DNA from: Catajapyx aquilonaris
Taxonomy: Eukaryota
DNA length: 64,000 nt
Assembly (NCBI GenBank): GCA_000934665.2
Contig: KZ538037.1
Location: 1-64,000 of the forward strand
Direction: 5' to 3'
Shown: positions 1 to 12,900 of the stretch, one piece after another
Numbering within the stretch: the stretch's first letter is position 1
Layout of the letters: each line of letters opens with the position of its first letter
The notes under the pieces: model-generated
Told to the model about the DNA's origin: nothing
What the model saw: the letters and a program-made list of their open reading frames with translations, nothing else
Database searches by the model: none
Position numbers and translations under genes: made by a program

Positions 1-85
1 CCCACTTAAAACCAGCTATCATTTCCACGTAAGTGGGGGGAAATGTTCAGATATATTCCATTAAGTGGAAACTGTTCGAGATTGC
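1..85. repeat. Partial repeat element rich in CCACTTA/TAAGTGG motifs (runs off window start); resembles 12368-12900
   Basis: cccacttaa (1), ttccacgtaagtgg (23), ttaagtggaaa (61); the same motif recurs densely at 12420-12900. Confidence 0.4.
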
Positions 86-750
86 AGTACATTATTTTTA
101 TTTACAATAGACAGCAACCTCTAGCCTGTCTATCGTAAACAATCAATGTTTGTACGTGACTGTCGTAATTAATTATTTACTGTATAGTGATAAATGCCCT
201 AAAGAACTCTGTGCGCATGTGTTGTCGGAAAGTGACACTTGGAGAGAATTCCTTGATGCACAGTTTCCTGCTAAAATTAATTGGAAATACCGACGTAATG
301 ACTGACAAAACATCCCCTCCCACAATTCCAGGGAACATTTGGACATTAATTTATGTGACCAATCCTGTATCTGACGAGTGGGCTTATAAATTCGCTGGCA
401 ATTAGAGGTGATTACTGCTATACGCATTACGCCACCAATAACAAAAATAGTAACTATAATAATTATGATCAATAGAGTTCTGAATATTATTAGTATGTTA
501 TAGACTTACATAGTTTATGAGCTGCAAGCTGTTATTCTCGCTATACGAACCGTTCGGATCTGCTGGAATTTGTGTCAACTTAAAACACCTTTCTGCGACA
601 TTATTTCTTAATGTTGATATACAGTATATTTTGGTCAAGAGCAAATATCCTCTACAATAAGTGAATAGGCGTGTTGTTTACAATATTTTTGAAATAGTTA
701 ATCATTTATTGAAAGGAAGAGACCACCTACCGCCTCATCCCTCATCTCAT

Positions 751-900
751 TGCGGCCCATTCAGAATCACCCACGCGATAACTGAGGGCGATATGAGTCT
801 TCTCAAGTTGCGGTGATGTCATGCCATATGACAAATCCTCGTCTTTATGACCCACATATTGCCCTCAGTTGTCGTGGTTGGTGATCCGGAGTGGGCAGCA
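751..900. mobile_element. Degenerate hairpin/MITE-like element
   Basis: Left arm tgcggcccattcagaatcacccacgcgataactgagggcgatatgag (751-797) matches reverse complement of 848-900 (tgctgcccactccggatcaccaaccacgacaactgagggcaatatgtg). Confidence 0.7.
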
Positions 901-972
901 TTCAATGGGTAGTATCTGCATTTTAACAAAGGATGGCCTCTATCAGTATAATATAGACTTAAACAAGTGATA

Positions 973-1100
973 TACGAGGGCGGTACCAAAATGAATTACT
1001 GTACAATTTGTTTTTTGCCACAGACACAACGCCCATGCATCAGGTAGAAAAATAGGCACACATTATATAGATACGTAGAATCCTTCTGGAGCCGAACACA
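973..1100 (+). mobile_element. Solo mariner-like terminal fragment
   Basis: TA + cgagggcggtaccaaaa resembles TACGAGGG-type mariner TIR starts; no partner end found, so the right boundary is approximate. Confidence 0.35.
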
Positions 1101-1487
1101 CTGGCACTGGCACTGGTCAACCTCTCCAGGCCCTCCAGGAACCACGTTTTGGTGGTGCGGCGCCCCGACTTCCTATATGTACTGGTATATAATAAGTTAC
1201 TATTGAGACATAAGTGTACTGTATAATACAGTATAATAATATTTGGCTGAATTTGAAATAATTTGAGGAGTTATTCTGGGACTATCACAAACCATTATTA
1301 GTGCTTAGTTAGGTTGCGTGGATCCGGTCCTCATTAAGCCGGGAGGGGTGGGGAAGGAGCCTTGTCTATAAAAGATGGGTTCTATATCATTGACTTTCTA
1401 TGCCAATAGTTCCATTGGGCCATATCCAAACGGAAAATGATTGTAATTCAAAGCTTGGATGGGTGGTTTAATATAAGTAACAATATA

Positions 1488-2199
1488 CGAGGGTTGTCGG
1501 ATATAATATTATTGGCAACACGGTTACCACTAGGCACCCCAGGTCGCCAGGACCGAATGTGGATATGTGCAGCCCTGATGGGGAACCGTACGGTACCATT
1601 AGCGAAGCAGTCGCAGCAGTATGTGAGGAACAATATGCCTGTTCAAAGTTTACCTCTCCACGCGATCGCCCTATACTGTAAGACATGAGTATACCAGGGT
1701 GCGGAATTTACCGTCGCTTTGGGAAATGATCGGGGGGTTCTAGCCGATCACTTTGAGTATATGCAGCATGGGTCTCCAACGCATAATTACCCAGATAATG
1801 TCCTTAAAGCACAAGGTATAAAATATCCTGGCACGTATGCGTCCCTCCACGCGACGCAGACCTTTTTCATTTAAATAAGGTGTTACCATGTTATTTAATT
1901 TTAATTCTCCTGTTAGGTGTATCAGGGAATGTCCTAGGCGATGGAAGTGTCGTAAGCAGTATCTGAAACATATACGCTGAGATAATGCACTTTTTATTTA
2001 AAACTAATTTTCTCGGTAATTATAATTCGGAGTCCCACGATTCCTATATTTGAAATGATCGTCTGGAAGCCCTCTGCCCATCCCCCAAAGCGAAGTCCGC
2101 ACCCTGGTATGTGACTATACTATCATTTACAAAAATGAAGGAACCCTTAAATACGAAAATTACAGAAGTGTTGCCAATTATATTATCGGACCACCCACG
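1488..2199. mobile_element. Non-autonomous mariner-like element (TA TSD), interrupted by a nested MITE
   Basis: TA|cgagggttgtcggatataatattattggcaacac at 1486; right end gtgttgccaattatattatcggaccacccacg|TA ending 2201; imperfect ~33-bp TIRs. Confidence 0.75.
1694..2107. mobile_element. Tc1/mariner-type MITE with long TIRs, nested in 1488-2199
   Basis: TA|ccagggtgcgga...tcgctttggg...gatcactttgagtata versus tatatttgaaatgatc...cccaaagcgaagtccgcaccctgg|TA; ~70-bp imperfect TIRs, TA on both sides. Confidence 0.85.
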
Positions 2200-4469
2200 T
2201 AATATGGATGCAATATTGGAAAGTAACAGTCTTGATAAAAAAGAGTCACTGTTTCAAAGGACTGCCTAAATAGTATAAGCCGATTACGGTAACAATTTGG
2301 GTAACTCACACTGACAATGCAATATTTTTAGAGACACAGTATAACCTACTTTCAGACGTCTACTTTAGCATTATTGCATTTCAGTAGTCTACCGTTTGGT
2401 CGTAAAATTGTTTAAGATCATTTCTAGGAAAACTCAACATAGTCACATGACCGAACACATCTTTAACGACCATATGACACAAACGCAATGTCTGTCGAAG
2501 CATTTTTAGAATCATGGTGAGGTATACCCTATTTTGTAAGCATATATGCCAAGCACTCTCGCCGGGAAAACAGTCCTGTCCTTCGCCTCTTGGTTACTCT
2601 GTACAGTATGCAGCCTTTAGATTGAAAACTATATTTCTGAGAGGTTGCGAAACATGTGAAGACCATTAAGGCCTGCACTGGATATACGAATAAGATCCAG
2701 GTAATTCGTCGACCCTATAGTAGACCAGGATAGCATAAAGTAAACGATTCCCGGCTCGAATAATTCTATTCCGCCCATCTCTGACACGGTTCATTGTAAG
2801 TATGTAAGATAGCTACTGGACGTGGATAAATATTGCATAGTGTGATTTACGCCGTGGTAGGCCTATACCCCGACGGTATTGTTAAATGCTTAATAATAAA
2901 CAGTGTAGTGCAAAATGGATACTACTTGAAGTCGACAGTGAAATCTGAGAAATTGGGTTCAAAATATAGCAAAGGTGCAATTATTTTAGAAATGTAAAGA
3001 ATCACAAGGCGTGATTAAAATTTTAAGTTTAATCCTAATTCAATAGTAAATGAGGTACAATTATTTTTAGTGGATTCTAATTATTTAAAATTAACGAGGT
3101 CGCATATTGTGTTATCCCATTTAAAGGACTATTTGCGCAGTGTTTAGAAAATGTTGCACATATACGTACATTTTCATTTACATGCAGTATAAGAATTTTC
3201 AAACAAGATTCACTTTAAAATATCGTTTCATATGCCATTGTTATAAAATTTATTATTAAAATTCCTCCATGTTTCAACTTAATGCTGCTGCCTTATGTAC
3301 AGTAAATTTATAAGAGTATAGAAAATTTTCTTGACCCTTGTAGCTCATTTAATTTTCACTCTTTTGCAATTAGTCTTTCACTTTTGATCCATATAATTAT
3401 ATATACTTTTAGGCATCATTTTCACTAAATATCTGATAGGTCAAGAGGGATAATGGCAGATATTGGTTTGAATATAATTTTAAGGAGTACTTCATCGTAT
3501 AACAAGTCATTCCATGAGCCTCATGACACATCCCATCAGTGAAGTAGAAGGTTGTCATGGTGCGGTATCCAGATTGAGTTCATCTGTACGTTATACGAGT
3601 TATACAAGTAGTAGCCGGATAGCGATTTTATGCGCGGGCATACCGGTATTGGCTTAGTGGTACAGTAGTCTACATATACCAATCATACAATGTGACAGAA
3701 AATTTAAGCAAAATTTTCGTTGCACTTCTGTGGCATCTCAATTCATATTATGTACAAGTCTTTCTTAAAGGATCGAGTGATTATCAAATATTCGCGGCGT
3801 AGCTTTCAATTTGTTACCTTTGGGGTACAGCACTATTTCTTCATAGAAATACCCAGCAGTAGCCTATACATTGCGCCTTCCCAAAATAAGACCCTTCCCC
3901 ATATTAGACGACTTTTTCTTACCTTAAATTCCGCAGCACCATGTGCGTGAGAAGGTAGTGTAACTTTTTCTGAACTTTTCTCCTTTTTAGCCCGTCATAT
4001 ATTCATATTGAAAAACCGACAGTTTTGGTGTACAGCTTGGAAATAAACTTTTTTACGAGTGGGCCGTAAAATGCAGGGCGCAGAAGCCCGCCCAGTAGTA
4101 ACTAACGCCGTTTGTGAATATAATGACGACAGCGATTCTCGTTTCAAGTTGGTCAAATCATAGTTTGACGACCATTGGCCTGCAATAGTGAAGCCCGCCG
4201 AGAGTAAACAAAATGATAGAGGTCCGCTACACCGCAGGGGAAGTAGTAAATTATGCTTTCTGAATGAATATCTTGCCCACTCACTCATTCCATGACAAGA
4301 TTACCAGCCTAACGCTTAGAACAAAGGAAGATTTTATTATGATAAAAATTATGTAAATTATTTTACAATAGTGTTATACTGTTGTACTGTTACGTAATGG
4401 CAGTAAATATGATTTCTTTTGAAGAGCACTTCGCTAACTAGCACGGTATCCCTTAGGCAGTTTTAATAG

Positions 4470-4712
4470 CATGGTGTTCCTGCTCAACCCAAGTTTACGA
4501 TCTTTTAGAGGAGAGACGGGGGAGAGTTGATGGATTAGTCATTCCTGATCTGCAATGGAACTTCAGTCCAGACTCGGCACGAGATTTGTGTCAGCCATTA
4601 CCATTTTGCATGCCTCAGACTTTGTTTTTTATAGCTAGGGGTGACTAATCCATCAATTCTTCTCCTGTTCCCCTCCTCTTCGGATCATCAACTAGGGTAG
4701 TGAACCCCCCTG
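4470..4712. mobile_element. MITE family A, copy 1 (GTGACTAATCCATCAA subterminal motif)
   Basis: ccaagtttacgatc...gagagttgatggattagtcattcct is inverted relative to aggggtgactaatccatcaattct...gatcatcaactagggtagtgaacccccctg|TA. Confidence 0.75.
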
Positions 4713-5026
4713 TACAGTATATTGGTAAAGGACTGCAAATGACTGTTATTTTCTGTAGCTCTAACAGGGTCCTTTATAATGATTCACACACAAACTCCTA
4801 TAGCTGGAACACTTGGGCAGTCAGCCAGAATAACTTTTGTGAAGGTGTTATTAGGGTAAGGGTCATTTCATATCAAAATAGTCCACGATTTTAAAATTGG
4901 TGGCTGGATCCTTTAGAATTTCAGTGAAAAAAACCACGGCACTTGCTCAATTGTTCAATACAATATTTTGATTTCTGGAAGAAAAGTGTGTCAAAAATAT
5001 TGCTGCGAGGGCTATCGTAAAAGAGT

Positions 5027-5111
5027 AAAAGGTCGCGGTGTCATCTGACGTATAGTCAAGGAATTTGTCTATTTTAGTAGTGTTTTAATAGGGCAGTAAA
5101 TTCTACATTGT
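5027..5111 (+). repeat. Dispersed ~85-bp repeat, copy 1 (TE fragment)
   Basis: aaaaggtcgcggtgtcatctgacgtatagtcaaggaatttgtctattttagtagtgtttta closely matches 7367-7450. Confidence 0.85.
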
Positions 5112-5189
5112 TAAATATCGTCCAAAGTACAGTTCGTTTTGTGTAGCATATTGCGACCCGATCTAGGTGCCCAATAATATTCCAGGTAG

Positions 5190-5454
5190 GGAGGCATGGT
5201 GGTCTAGTGGTTACGCCACTGGCCAGCCAAACGATAGGCCGGGGTTCAAATCCCGTCTCCGTCACCTCTGCTTGGCCGGGTCTTTTTCCGCTTTTCACCC
5301 GACATGCCGGGAGAAAATTGCACTCCCTCCTCTGCCCAGGGCCAGGAGAAAAGGCCTGGTGTTTTAAAAATGTCAGAAATGACTGTCCCACATCGCCCTC
5401 CCTTGTGAACCTCCCCTTCCCCCCTAAGATGGCCTCGGGGCCTATCACGGGGTT

Positions 5455-5516
<62 letters not shown>
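5190..5516 (+). mobile_element. tRNA-derived SINE with (TAA)n tail
   Basis: A-box tggtctagtgg (5200-5210), B-box ggttcaaatcc (5243-5253), 3' stem-loop gatggcctcggggcctatc, (TAA)~20 tail 5456-5516, TSD tccaggtag (5181-5189) / tccgggtag (5516-5524). Confidence 0.92.
5456..5516 (+). repeat. (TAA)n microsatellite (SINE tail)
   Basis: About 20 perfect TAA units. Confidence 0.98.
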
Positions 5517-7366
5517 CCGGGTAGTCAAACCTAGCAGTTGCTGAATAGTGGGTCACCTGGATTGGGGCGAAACAAACTAAATAAAAATAAACAGCTTCGA
5601 GTGAAATTTCATATATAACTAAATCGACCCGCATGCTTTGAACACCCTGTACATGTGCATCTCTAAACCTTTGCGCTAATATTAATGGGATCTTGGACAC
5701 CTTAACCATGGAGTAAAAGTATTTTAAAGGCTATATATGGATCTAAAATAATATTTTTAGACCCATATAGATTATAAAATACTTCAATTTGTACTTAATA
5801 ATATTGTTAAGATGGCCTAGGCTTTCCCTCACAAAATGATTGATAAATCCAAGGTTTTATAAATCTGCCAAGCATTTTCCGTCGTATATTCACTTTTCGG
5901 GGATCTAAATTAACTTCTCAACAATGTTTAGTTACGTTCAATGGACGTATTCTTTTAATAATCCCGGTATTGCGCAATGATTACCGAAATTAGTGGTGTT
6001 GAATTAATTTAAACCTAGACTAAGCATCCCAGGTCAAGGGCTTAGGCTTACTCCTTTATTTTCAAACAAGACATACCCTGCAGTGGCCCACAATGATGCT
6101 TCCATATAACTCAGAATTAGTAATTAATATTTTAACTGACACCCTAAATGTAAATTTTAGGGTAACTACTTAATAAAAAGCAGTTTAGTGCCAAAATCTT
6201 GTTAGATATGTCAATACTACGGGATACTCAGTCGGAACACCATGAATAATAATTTCCTTCATCCTACCATCAGGCATGGAGCTGGCTACTCCACTTTTGC
6301 ATTAGATATTGACACCTTTATTGTTCATAAGGCTTAAAACCACACAATAAGACCTGTGACCTCTAATTTTCATCATTTTCTGGAAATATTACTAGTAATC
6401 AGTAAGGCTCTTGCGTAAGCGATGGTAAACTCTGAACAGCCATTTTTAAATTATAATTATAATTTTTTTAAGAACAGAAAAAGCGATTGTAACATCCTCT
6501 TGCCTCTTTTAACCCAATATACACCGACAACGTATAGTCTCATCAGGAACTTTCGAGGGAGTTGATGTAGGCGAGTTTGAGCGGCCATGTCAGGCTGTAA
6601 TTTTATTAGGGTCTATGTTATAATTGGCTAGTTTAATGCGCTGGGATAATAGGGAAAGGCGAATGTGGTTTATGCCACGGTGATTGGATAATACGACAGC
6701 CTTTGTTGGTGGGACACCCCTTTTTTCTCGATGGTTCGGGCCAGTCAGCATAGAGGAAGGCCACGGTTGGATAGCCGACCAGGCAGGCCCCTATTGCCAG
6801 TGCTTGCTAGGAAATGAGGAATTTTTACTAGCTGACGCATCACTGGCGGACCTGCAGACATGAGAGGAATAGAGGAAGCCCTTTTTTCTGTGAGAAAAAA
6901 AAAATTACAGATGGGACCCCCTTTGGGGGGAAAAAATGGTAGGCTATACTCCCGCCAGGCGGCCGAGTGATTTATGCTGCACCATTTCCCTTCTCTCTCT
7001 CTCTCCCTCCCTCGCTCTCATAATTCCCCGTACTTGTTTTCATTCTGTTATAAAAATGCACATTTCCCAGGAACTCCCCGAGGAGATGATGCCAACTAGC
7101 CAAACCATTGTTCGGTCGGAGAGTAATAAAGGTTTTGTTTTACGACGTTCATCCAATCTCGCCAGCTCTCTCGCTTCAACCTAGCTCACTAACCCAACGC
7201 CCGCCCGCACTCAATTTATTGCTCCTTTCTCGATATTTCCACTATTAATTAAAGTGTACAAATTAGCAGGAGGGTATCACCTTGGAGGGAGGCAGTCAGG
7301 CAGGGAGGGGCCTTTGTGTGTACTTGGGCCAACCTATAGCTGTGGGAGACTATATTGTAAGGGAGG

Positions 7367-7450
7367 AAAAGGTCGTGATGTCATCTGACGTGGTCGTGGA
7401 ATTTGTCTATTTTATTAGTGTTTTACTTGGGCAGTAAAATGCTAAATTGT
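7367..7450 (+). repeat. Dispersed ~85-bp repeat, copy 2
   Basis: aaaaggtcgtgatgtcatctgacgtggtcgtggaatttgtctattttattagtgtttta matches 5027-5111. Confidence 0.85.
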
Positions 7451-7705
7451 GTGCGGTAAGAACTACCGAGGTTGCGTGGTAACTATTAGAAGTGAAATAC
7501 AGTTGAGGAGGCTATGTAGTTCAGTTTCCCTATTTCATCACTATAGAAGGCCCTATATTAGTATGTATGTAATAATGTCGAAACAAATCAGAAATAAATA
7601 AAATACAGAACATAAATGAAAAATGTATAATAGAGTAAAATATGAACATAATACAGAACAGAAATAAAAATATCGTGGAATAAAATGTGACATTTGTTGA
7701 CATTT

Positions 7706-7863
7706 CGGTATGTTTCCACCGGCATAATTTTTGTTCTGGACAAAATACAAGCCATAAGAATTTTTTGTTGCTAGGCGATTAATATAATAAAGTAGTAAAG
7801 TTTGTCTGATTTTGTGCTCAATTTTTGTGCTTTTCATTTTGTGCTACTGGTGGAAACAAGGCT
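7706..7863. mobile_element. PIF/Harbinger (Tourist)-like MITE
   Basis: tgtttccaccgg (7711) inverted to ctggtggaaacaaggct|taa (7846-7866); three internal ttttgtgct repeats; TAA flank on the right; left terminus decayed. Confidence 0.6.
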
Positions 7864-10800
7864 TAAGACAGTAATTTTTGCCAATAAACTATAAGGTGGT
7901 GAATACGAATATAACTTATTTACTATAGTTGCGCTAAATGTTTCAGGAAATTGCAATGTTTCTCCAATGTCACAATTCATTTGTGTGGGACAATGTATCC
8001 TGCGGAGTATGTCACCCTTCTTTCATTGCTGTCTCCTCTGCGCAGTAGAAGACTGATGCCCTGAGGCGCTTTGTTGTTGCCCGGCAGAAGGGCGTTTGTT
8101 TTATTATAATACCACATACAAATACTAAAATTTTATGCTTTATATGGAGGTAAAGACGATTGTTCCAATTTGCTACATATTGAGAGCCATGTAAAAATTA
8201 CCACACTGCTTGATATGCTGGTATAGGGGAATCTTCATATAAAGAGTGAGTCATACCATGCAGACCTCATAACTCATGTGTAATGTACAGTACATCGACA
8301 CTTCATCGCAAGTGCCATAATAGTACGTAAGTTATAACAAAATCTAGCATTTTCTGAAGTCAAACATTTTCAGTGTCCATTAACAAATCATAATTAGACG
8401 TTATTACAGATGTGCAGCTGACTACGAGCAATTGCAGTATGGACGACGCCTTAAAAGCCACACTCAGTACCAGAAGTCTAATTCTGGATTCAATCGATAG
8501 CTATTCAATTTTTAAGCAATTCATCAGTAATAAACCATCTGCAATAACGACCAAAACGCGCGGCAGTGCGTTGCACACAACACTAATACAGTTGGACAGA
8601 GCATATAATTGATTTACGCATCATGGTGGAAGCCCTGTACACAAAGTAGTATAGGCACGTAATGGGCAGTACCTCTAGTTTTAAAAGCTAGCCAAATAGG
8701 AGGTAATTTGAACGCTGCTGCTGTCATTCCAACTGGTAGAAAAACCAAGTAAAAGTTGATGGGGGTGCAAAGAGCGCTTAGTGTGGTTGATGTGGGTTTT
8801 CCTGCTATCTACTCTTCACCACGTGTAAGCTTATCTTAAGGAGGACGACAGGATCGCTTTAACTACCACTGTTACCTCCACTCAATTGCAGTCCATTTAC
8901 ACCTGTTTATGGAGGTTATTTATCAAGAAGCCTGACTTCCCTTTTTTCCAAGATGGCCCCCAGAAGGCAAAACCATGCGGTAGGTGACCATCATCTTGCG
9001 CCATCATTGACGCTGACTTCTTCTGGGCGGCGTCATATTTACAAGTGAAGGGTGGTGGATGTTGGAAGGAGTGGAAGAGAGAGAGAGGGGGGGGGGGTCA
9101 CCCTTCTTAACAACCAGTCAATCATCCTATCAGTGTTTACAGCCCTGTGGAGGTGACGAGGAATGAGGCTGAGCAGCAGCTCTTCAGAATAAGGAAAAGG
9201 GACTGCTGTTATACTGTTGGGGAGACACACAGTGGGGGAAGGAAGTGGAGGGAGGAGAGGGAAGAAAAAATCTGGAAGGTCCTAACAAGGTTGTTAGAGT
9301 GGTTTAAAGTCCGACGATCTCGAGGACAAAAGTGCCGCTGAGACCAGCATTAAGCCCAAAGTACACTATATTTGGGACAAAAGTGTCGGTGTAGGCATCT
9401 TTTTGTTGTTATTGCGTTCGTAACTGAATGCCACATGTCAAACATGCTTCATTTTTATTGGTCTAAAACTTAGGAAAATTCGTTGAGGCGTTTTAATACT
9501 TTTCCTGTCGAGGCTTTTTGTTTCTGCGATTTTTCTGCTTGATGTTGTATACAGTACAGGGTTTTCAAAAGAAGGCATCCGTTTTGGTTGGTGATTTTAT
9601 ACGCCCCAGGTTTCTTAATTTATATGCTGTTGTTTTGGTTTATTTTCTTTAAGATTTCATAAAAATATTACTGGCAATATAAAGTTGCGTGGATTCATCT
9701 TAGTCTACAAAAAAGGGTTATATCATTTATTTTAGATTCAAATTGCTACAGTGGACCATTCCTGCAGATGAGCAAATACATTTACTTCTCAATCATGAAT
9801 TAATTAATATTCTACTTCACAATGTTTTTGCATTTTGGAAAGACACTCCATACCAATTAAATCATTTGTTGCAAAATAATATTACAGCATTGCAATGTTT
9901 TTTATAGCTTGACACGTTTACCTCCCATTCATAATATATTATGTGTGGGAGAGATCTACTGTATACTTTGTAGGCCTACATTATTATAACTTACTGTACC
10001 TTGAAGGTATTGATATCGTGAGATGTGGGATACCCTTTATAATACGAAGCAAACAAATGTCGAGCCAAAAGTGATTGACTGACGACGTGTCTCACTAAAA
10101 GTAAATTGATATTTCCATCGAGAGGGTCAAACATCTTGTCACATCACTTCTTTACCTTTTATGCAAATAAAGGAAATGACTCATAATGTATTAAAGTAGC
10201 ATAGTCACAATAGGTTCATATACAGTATAGACTTACCCCGCATTCTGTGACATGCCAACGGGGGTAACCAGATTTTAGAAAATGCACATCTGCATGGGTT
10301 GCCAATTTGGGGAGAGCTTTTGCCTATATTTTACTTGCGAGAAATACTGTACGTAACGTTAGGCTCTTCTTTGAATCGGAAAATAGATATTCGCCTCCAT
10401 TTTCCCATCAGTGTCAATCAGTAAAGAATTTCCTGGAACCATCATGTAAATCACTCGCCATTTTTTTATATTTACAAAAACTCACTCACGTCCACCCACA
10501 GTCAACATGGTTGCATGGACGTTACATTGGCTTTGCAGTTTTCACCCCCTTTCCTATACCATTCGAAATAAATAACGTGCTATACAATACATCAGTCCTT
10601 ATAACGTGCCCTTGGAAAAGGGCGATCAATTTTGAGCAGCACATCCTTGAAGGCACAGATGCGTGTAAAATCGATGGAGTCCATAATGAGTGAAGAGCAA
10701 TAAGGAAGTCGGAAGCTTCTTTCTAAGGATGAAAGCAGGCGCCAACATTTAACCACTTTGTAGGCCTTGCCGTTGCCGAGTTTGACGTAGCGACAAAGTC

Positions 10801-11712
10801 AGGCTCTTGGGGCTTCACGTGCGCGTGACCAATGTAGAATTCGAAATGGTGGAACTTGATATGCTGGTATGCATATAAGGGTGATGTGTTTTTGTGTCCT
10901 CTTGAAATATACGACCCAGACGCGTTATACTGGGTTGCAGTAAGTGTGTGTATAGATTTTGGGGGGTTCTAGATGGTTGAAGGTTAGGCAAGAGAAGGAG
11001 AAAAAAAAATGGAGGGGTGGGAGAGGATAGGGGTGGTGGTACTGAAGGCAAGACGAAAGTTTTACGATGATCTCTCCCAACCTTTACTCTGGTCGGTAAA
11101 TTGACGCCCGGCTGTGCCATTTTGGAAGAATTTGGTGGTGGGCTTCCCTGCTGTTGGCGAATTGCAGCAGAGCTGCTGACAAGCCTGCTCGTAAAAAAGA
11201 GCCTATCCTCTTTTCTCTCCACCCTTTTTTCCACCCTACACCCCCCACAATGTTGATATACGCCATGGATTCTCGGAGACCTGGCGCAAGATTCATGGGC
11301 CTGCTGTGCCAACCTTTAGTGTTCGTGATGGAAGTTGGGCTAGCTCTGTCTGCCATGCACCCGGCCCAAAAAACCGAAAGAAAATATAATGGACTCAAAA
11401 ATAATGAAGGCTTCGCCCCACCTATATCCTTGCGTTTATAGGCATGTGCATTGTATTCGTGGTTGCAAGGTTGCCTGCTGTCCAGGATACCTGAAAGCAC
11501 TCTCCTACAACACTATTCATTGTGTCAGTATTACATGGGTATACTAACTGGAAGGTGACTAGCTATTATCAATAATAATATTAATAACTGGATACATGAG
11601 ACTTTGTTGTAACTCATAACGAGCGCGAGAAAGTTGCACATGTACTGTGTGGCAGTGGACACAGCGGAATACGTAAGAAAAGCAAAATAAGAAAAGCTTA
11701 CTAGCAAATGAA

Positions 11713-11940
11713 TGAAATGCAGAATGATCAGAGTCACATTTGATTGGTTTTGAGAAATGAGGGTTTGAAGTATAGGAAGGGACAAATATTGCTTAAATGT
11801 TTCTTTAGATGTTTTAATTTCTCTATCAGAAAATTGACTTGACCTATCAGATGTACCCTATCATTAAACTATTATAAACAATTCCTAACAAAAGTTTTGC
11901 CCAAAATGTGACTCTGATTATTCTGCACTTCAGGACTTCA
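11713..11940. mobile_element. MITE family B, copy 1
   Basis: tgaaatgcagaatgatcagagtcacattt ... aaatgtgactctgattattctgcacttcaggacttca form an inverted pair. Confidence 0.85.
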
Positions 11941-12367
11941 AATGAATATGTACTGTATTTTCTGGCAGAGTTGTTCCACAGAGAAATATAAATCATCATG
12001 TAACATTGCTGTTGAATATGTATTGTTGCATGATAATTGATTAGAAAGTTAAACATAGTATAGTCACTGCAATCACTATTGAATGTCTAATGACCGTATC
12101 GACTAATCCAGCATGAGATATTTCTGGGAAAGGAAATGTGGACAGAAATCAAGAACCGACAAACTTGATAAAAAGCAATGATACTGAGCTTGTGATGCCA
12201 GTTACTCAGGGATATGTTTTAGATACGGAAATGCATCGTCTATTCTAAGATTCAACACATACTGTACTCTACTCTGATATTAACTTTTGAATCAGTTATG
12301 GAAATGAAGTTTAATTACGTTTTGCAGCAGATATTGAATATTCATCGTGCTGCCATTGTTAATGGTA

Positions 12368-12900
12368 CACTCTTAGAACCTCTCCAATACAAGTAGTAAG
12401 TGTAAAAACTCATGAAATTTTTCCACTTATTTAAGTTTAATCAAAATGGAAAGAAGTGCCATTTACACATAGTTTGGGTGAAGGAATTTCCACTCTGAGT
12501 AAATACATTTTTAAGAATGAGGCGCATACTCAATAAGTGAATGAAAAGATTCTCCACTTAAACTATGCGTTTATAAGTCAATTTCTTTTAGTTAGAATAT
12601 AGTAGGCTTATAGGAAGTAGGCCAATATCCACTTGAATTCAGCGGGTTCCACCTGAAAGCATTTTCCACTTAAAATCCGCCTTATTACTTATTCTCCACA
12701 TGTTATGAAGAAGGGAAGTTTAAGGGTATAATTATTTATATGAAAAATTAAGTGAAGAAAGATTGTGTGCAGGATCTTAAGTGTGAAAAACGATTTACTT
12801 GGAGAAATTGTAGAAAAACTAGACAATTTAAATAGAAGAATGAGTCATCCACTTAAATTAGTAGAAAAATGGTAAATAATAGTTACTAATTTAGGTGGAA
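12368..12900. mobile_element. CACT-terminated non-autonomous DNA element and associated CCACTTA-rich degenerate repeat
   Basis: TA|cactcttagaa (12368) with inverted tttttaagaatg (to 12519); repeated ccactta/taagtg motifs near 12423, 12555, 12666, 12749, 12778, 12849, 12892. Confidence 0.5.

Noticed and set aside
5190..5262. tRNA-like sequence with A and B boxes
   Set aside because: It continues into a SINE body, tail and TSD, so it is a SINE head and not a tRNA gene.
5455..5709. ORF ending in poly-Tyr
   Set aside because: Translation artefact of the (TAA)n SINE tail read on the minus strand.
9317..9545. Repeated ggacaaaagtg(c/t)cg units and a solo tacaggg end at 9555
   Set aside because: Probably decayed DNA-transposon debris, but no matching termini or TSD could be defined.
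10199..10210. gcatagtcacaa, a partial match to mature miR-153
   Set aside because: Only 12 nt match, both ends diverge, and there is no complementary 5' arm.
10815..11500. Longest ORFs (165, 138 and 95 aa), overlapping
   Set aside because: Low-complexity composition, mutually overlapping frames and no recognisable domain; expected in a GC-richer block.
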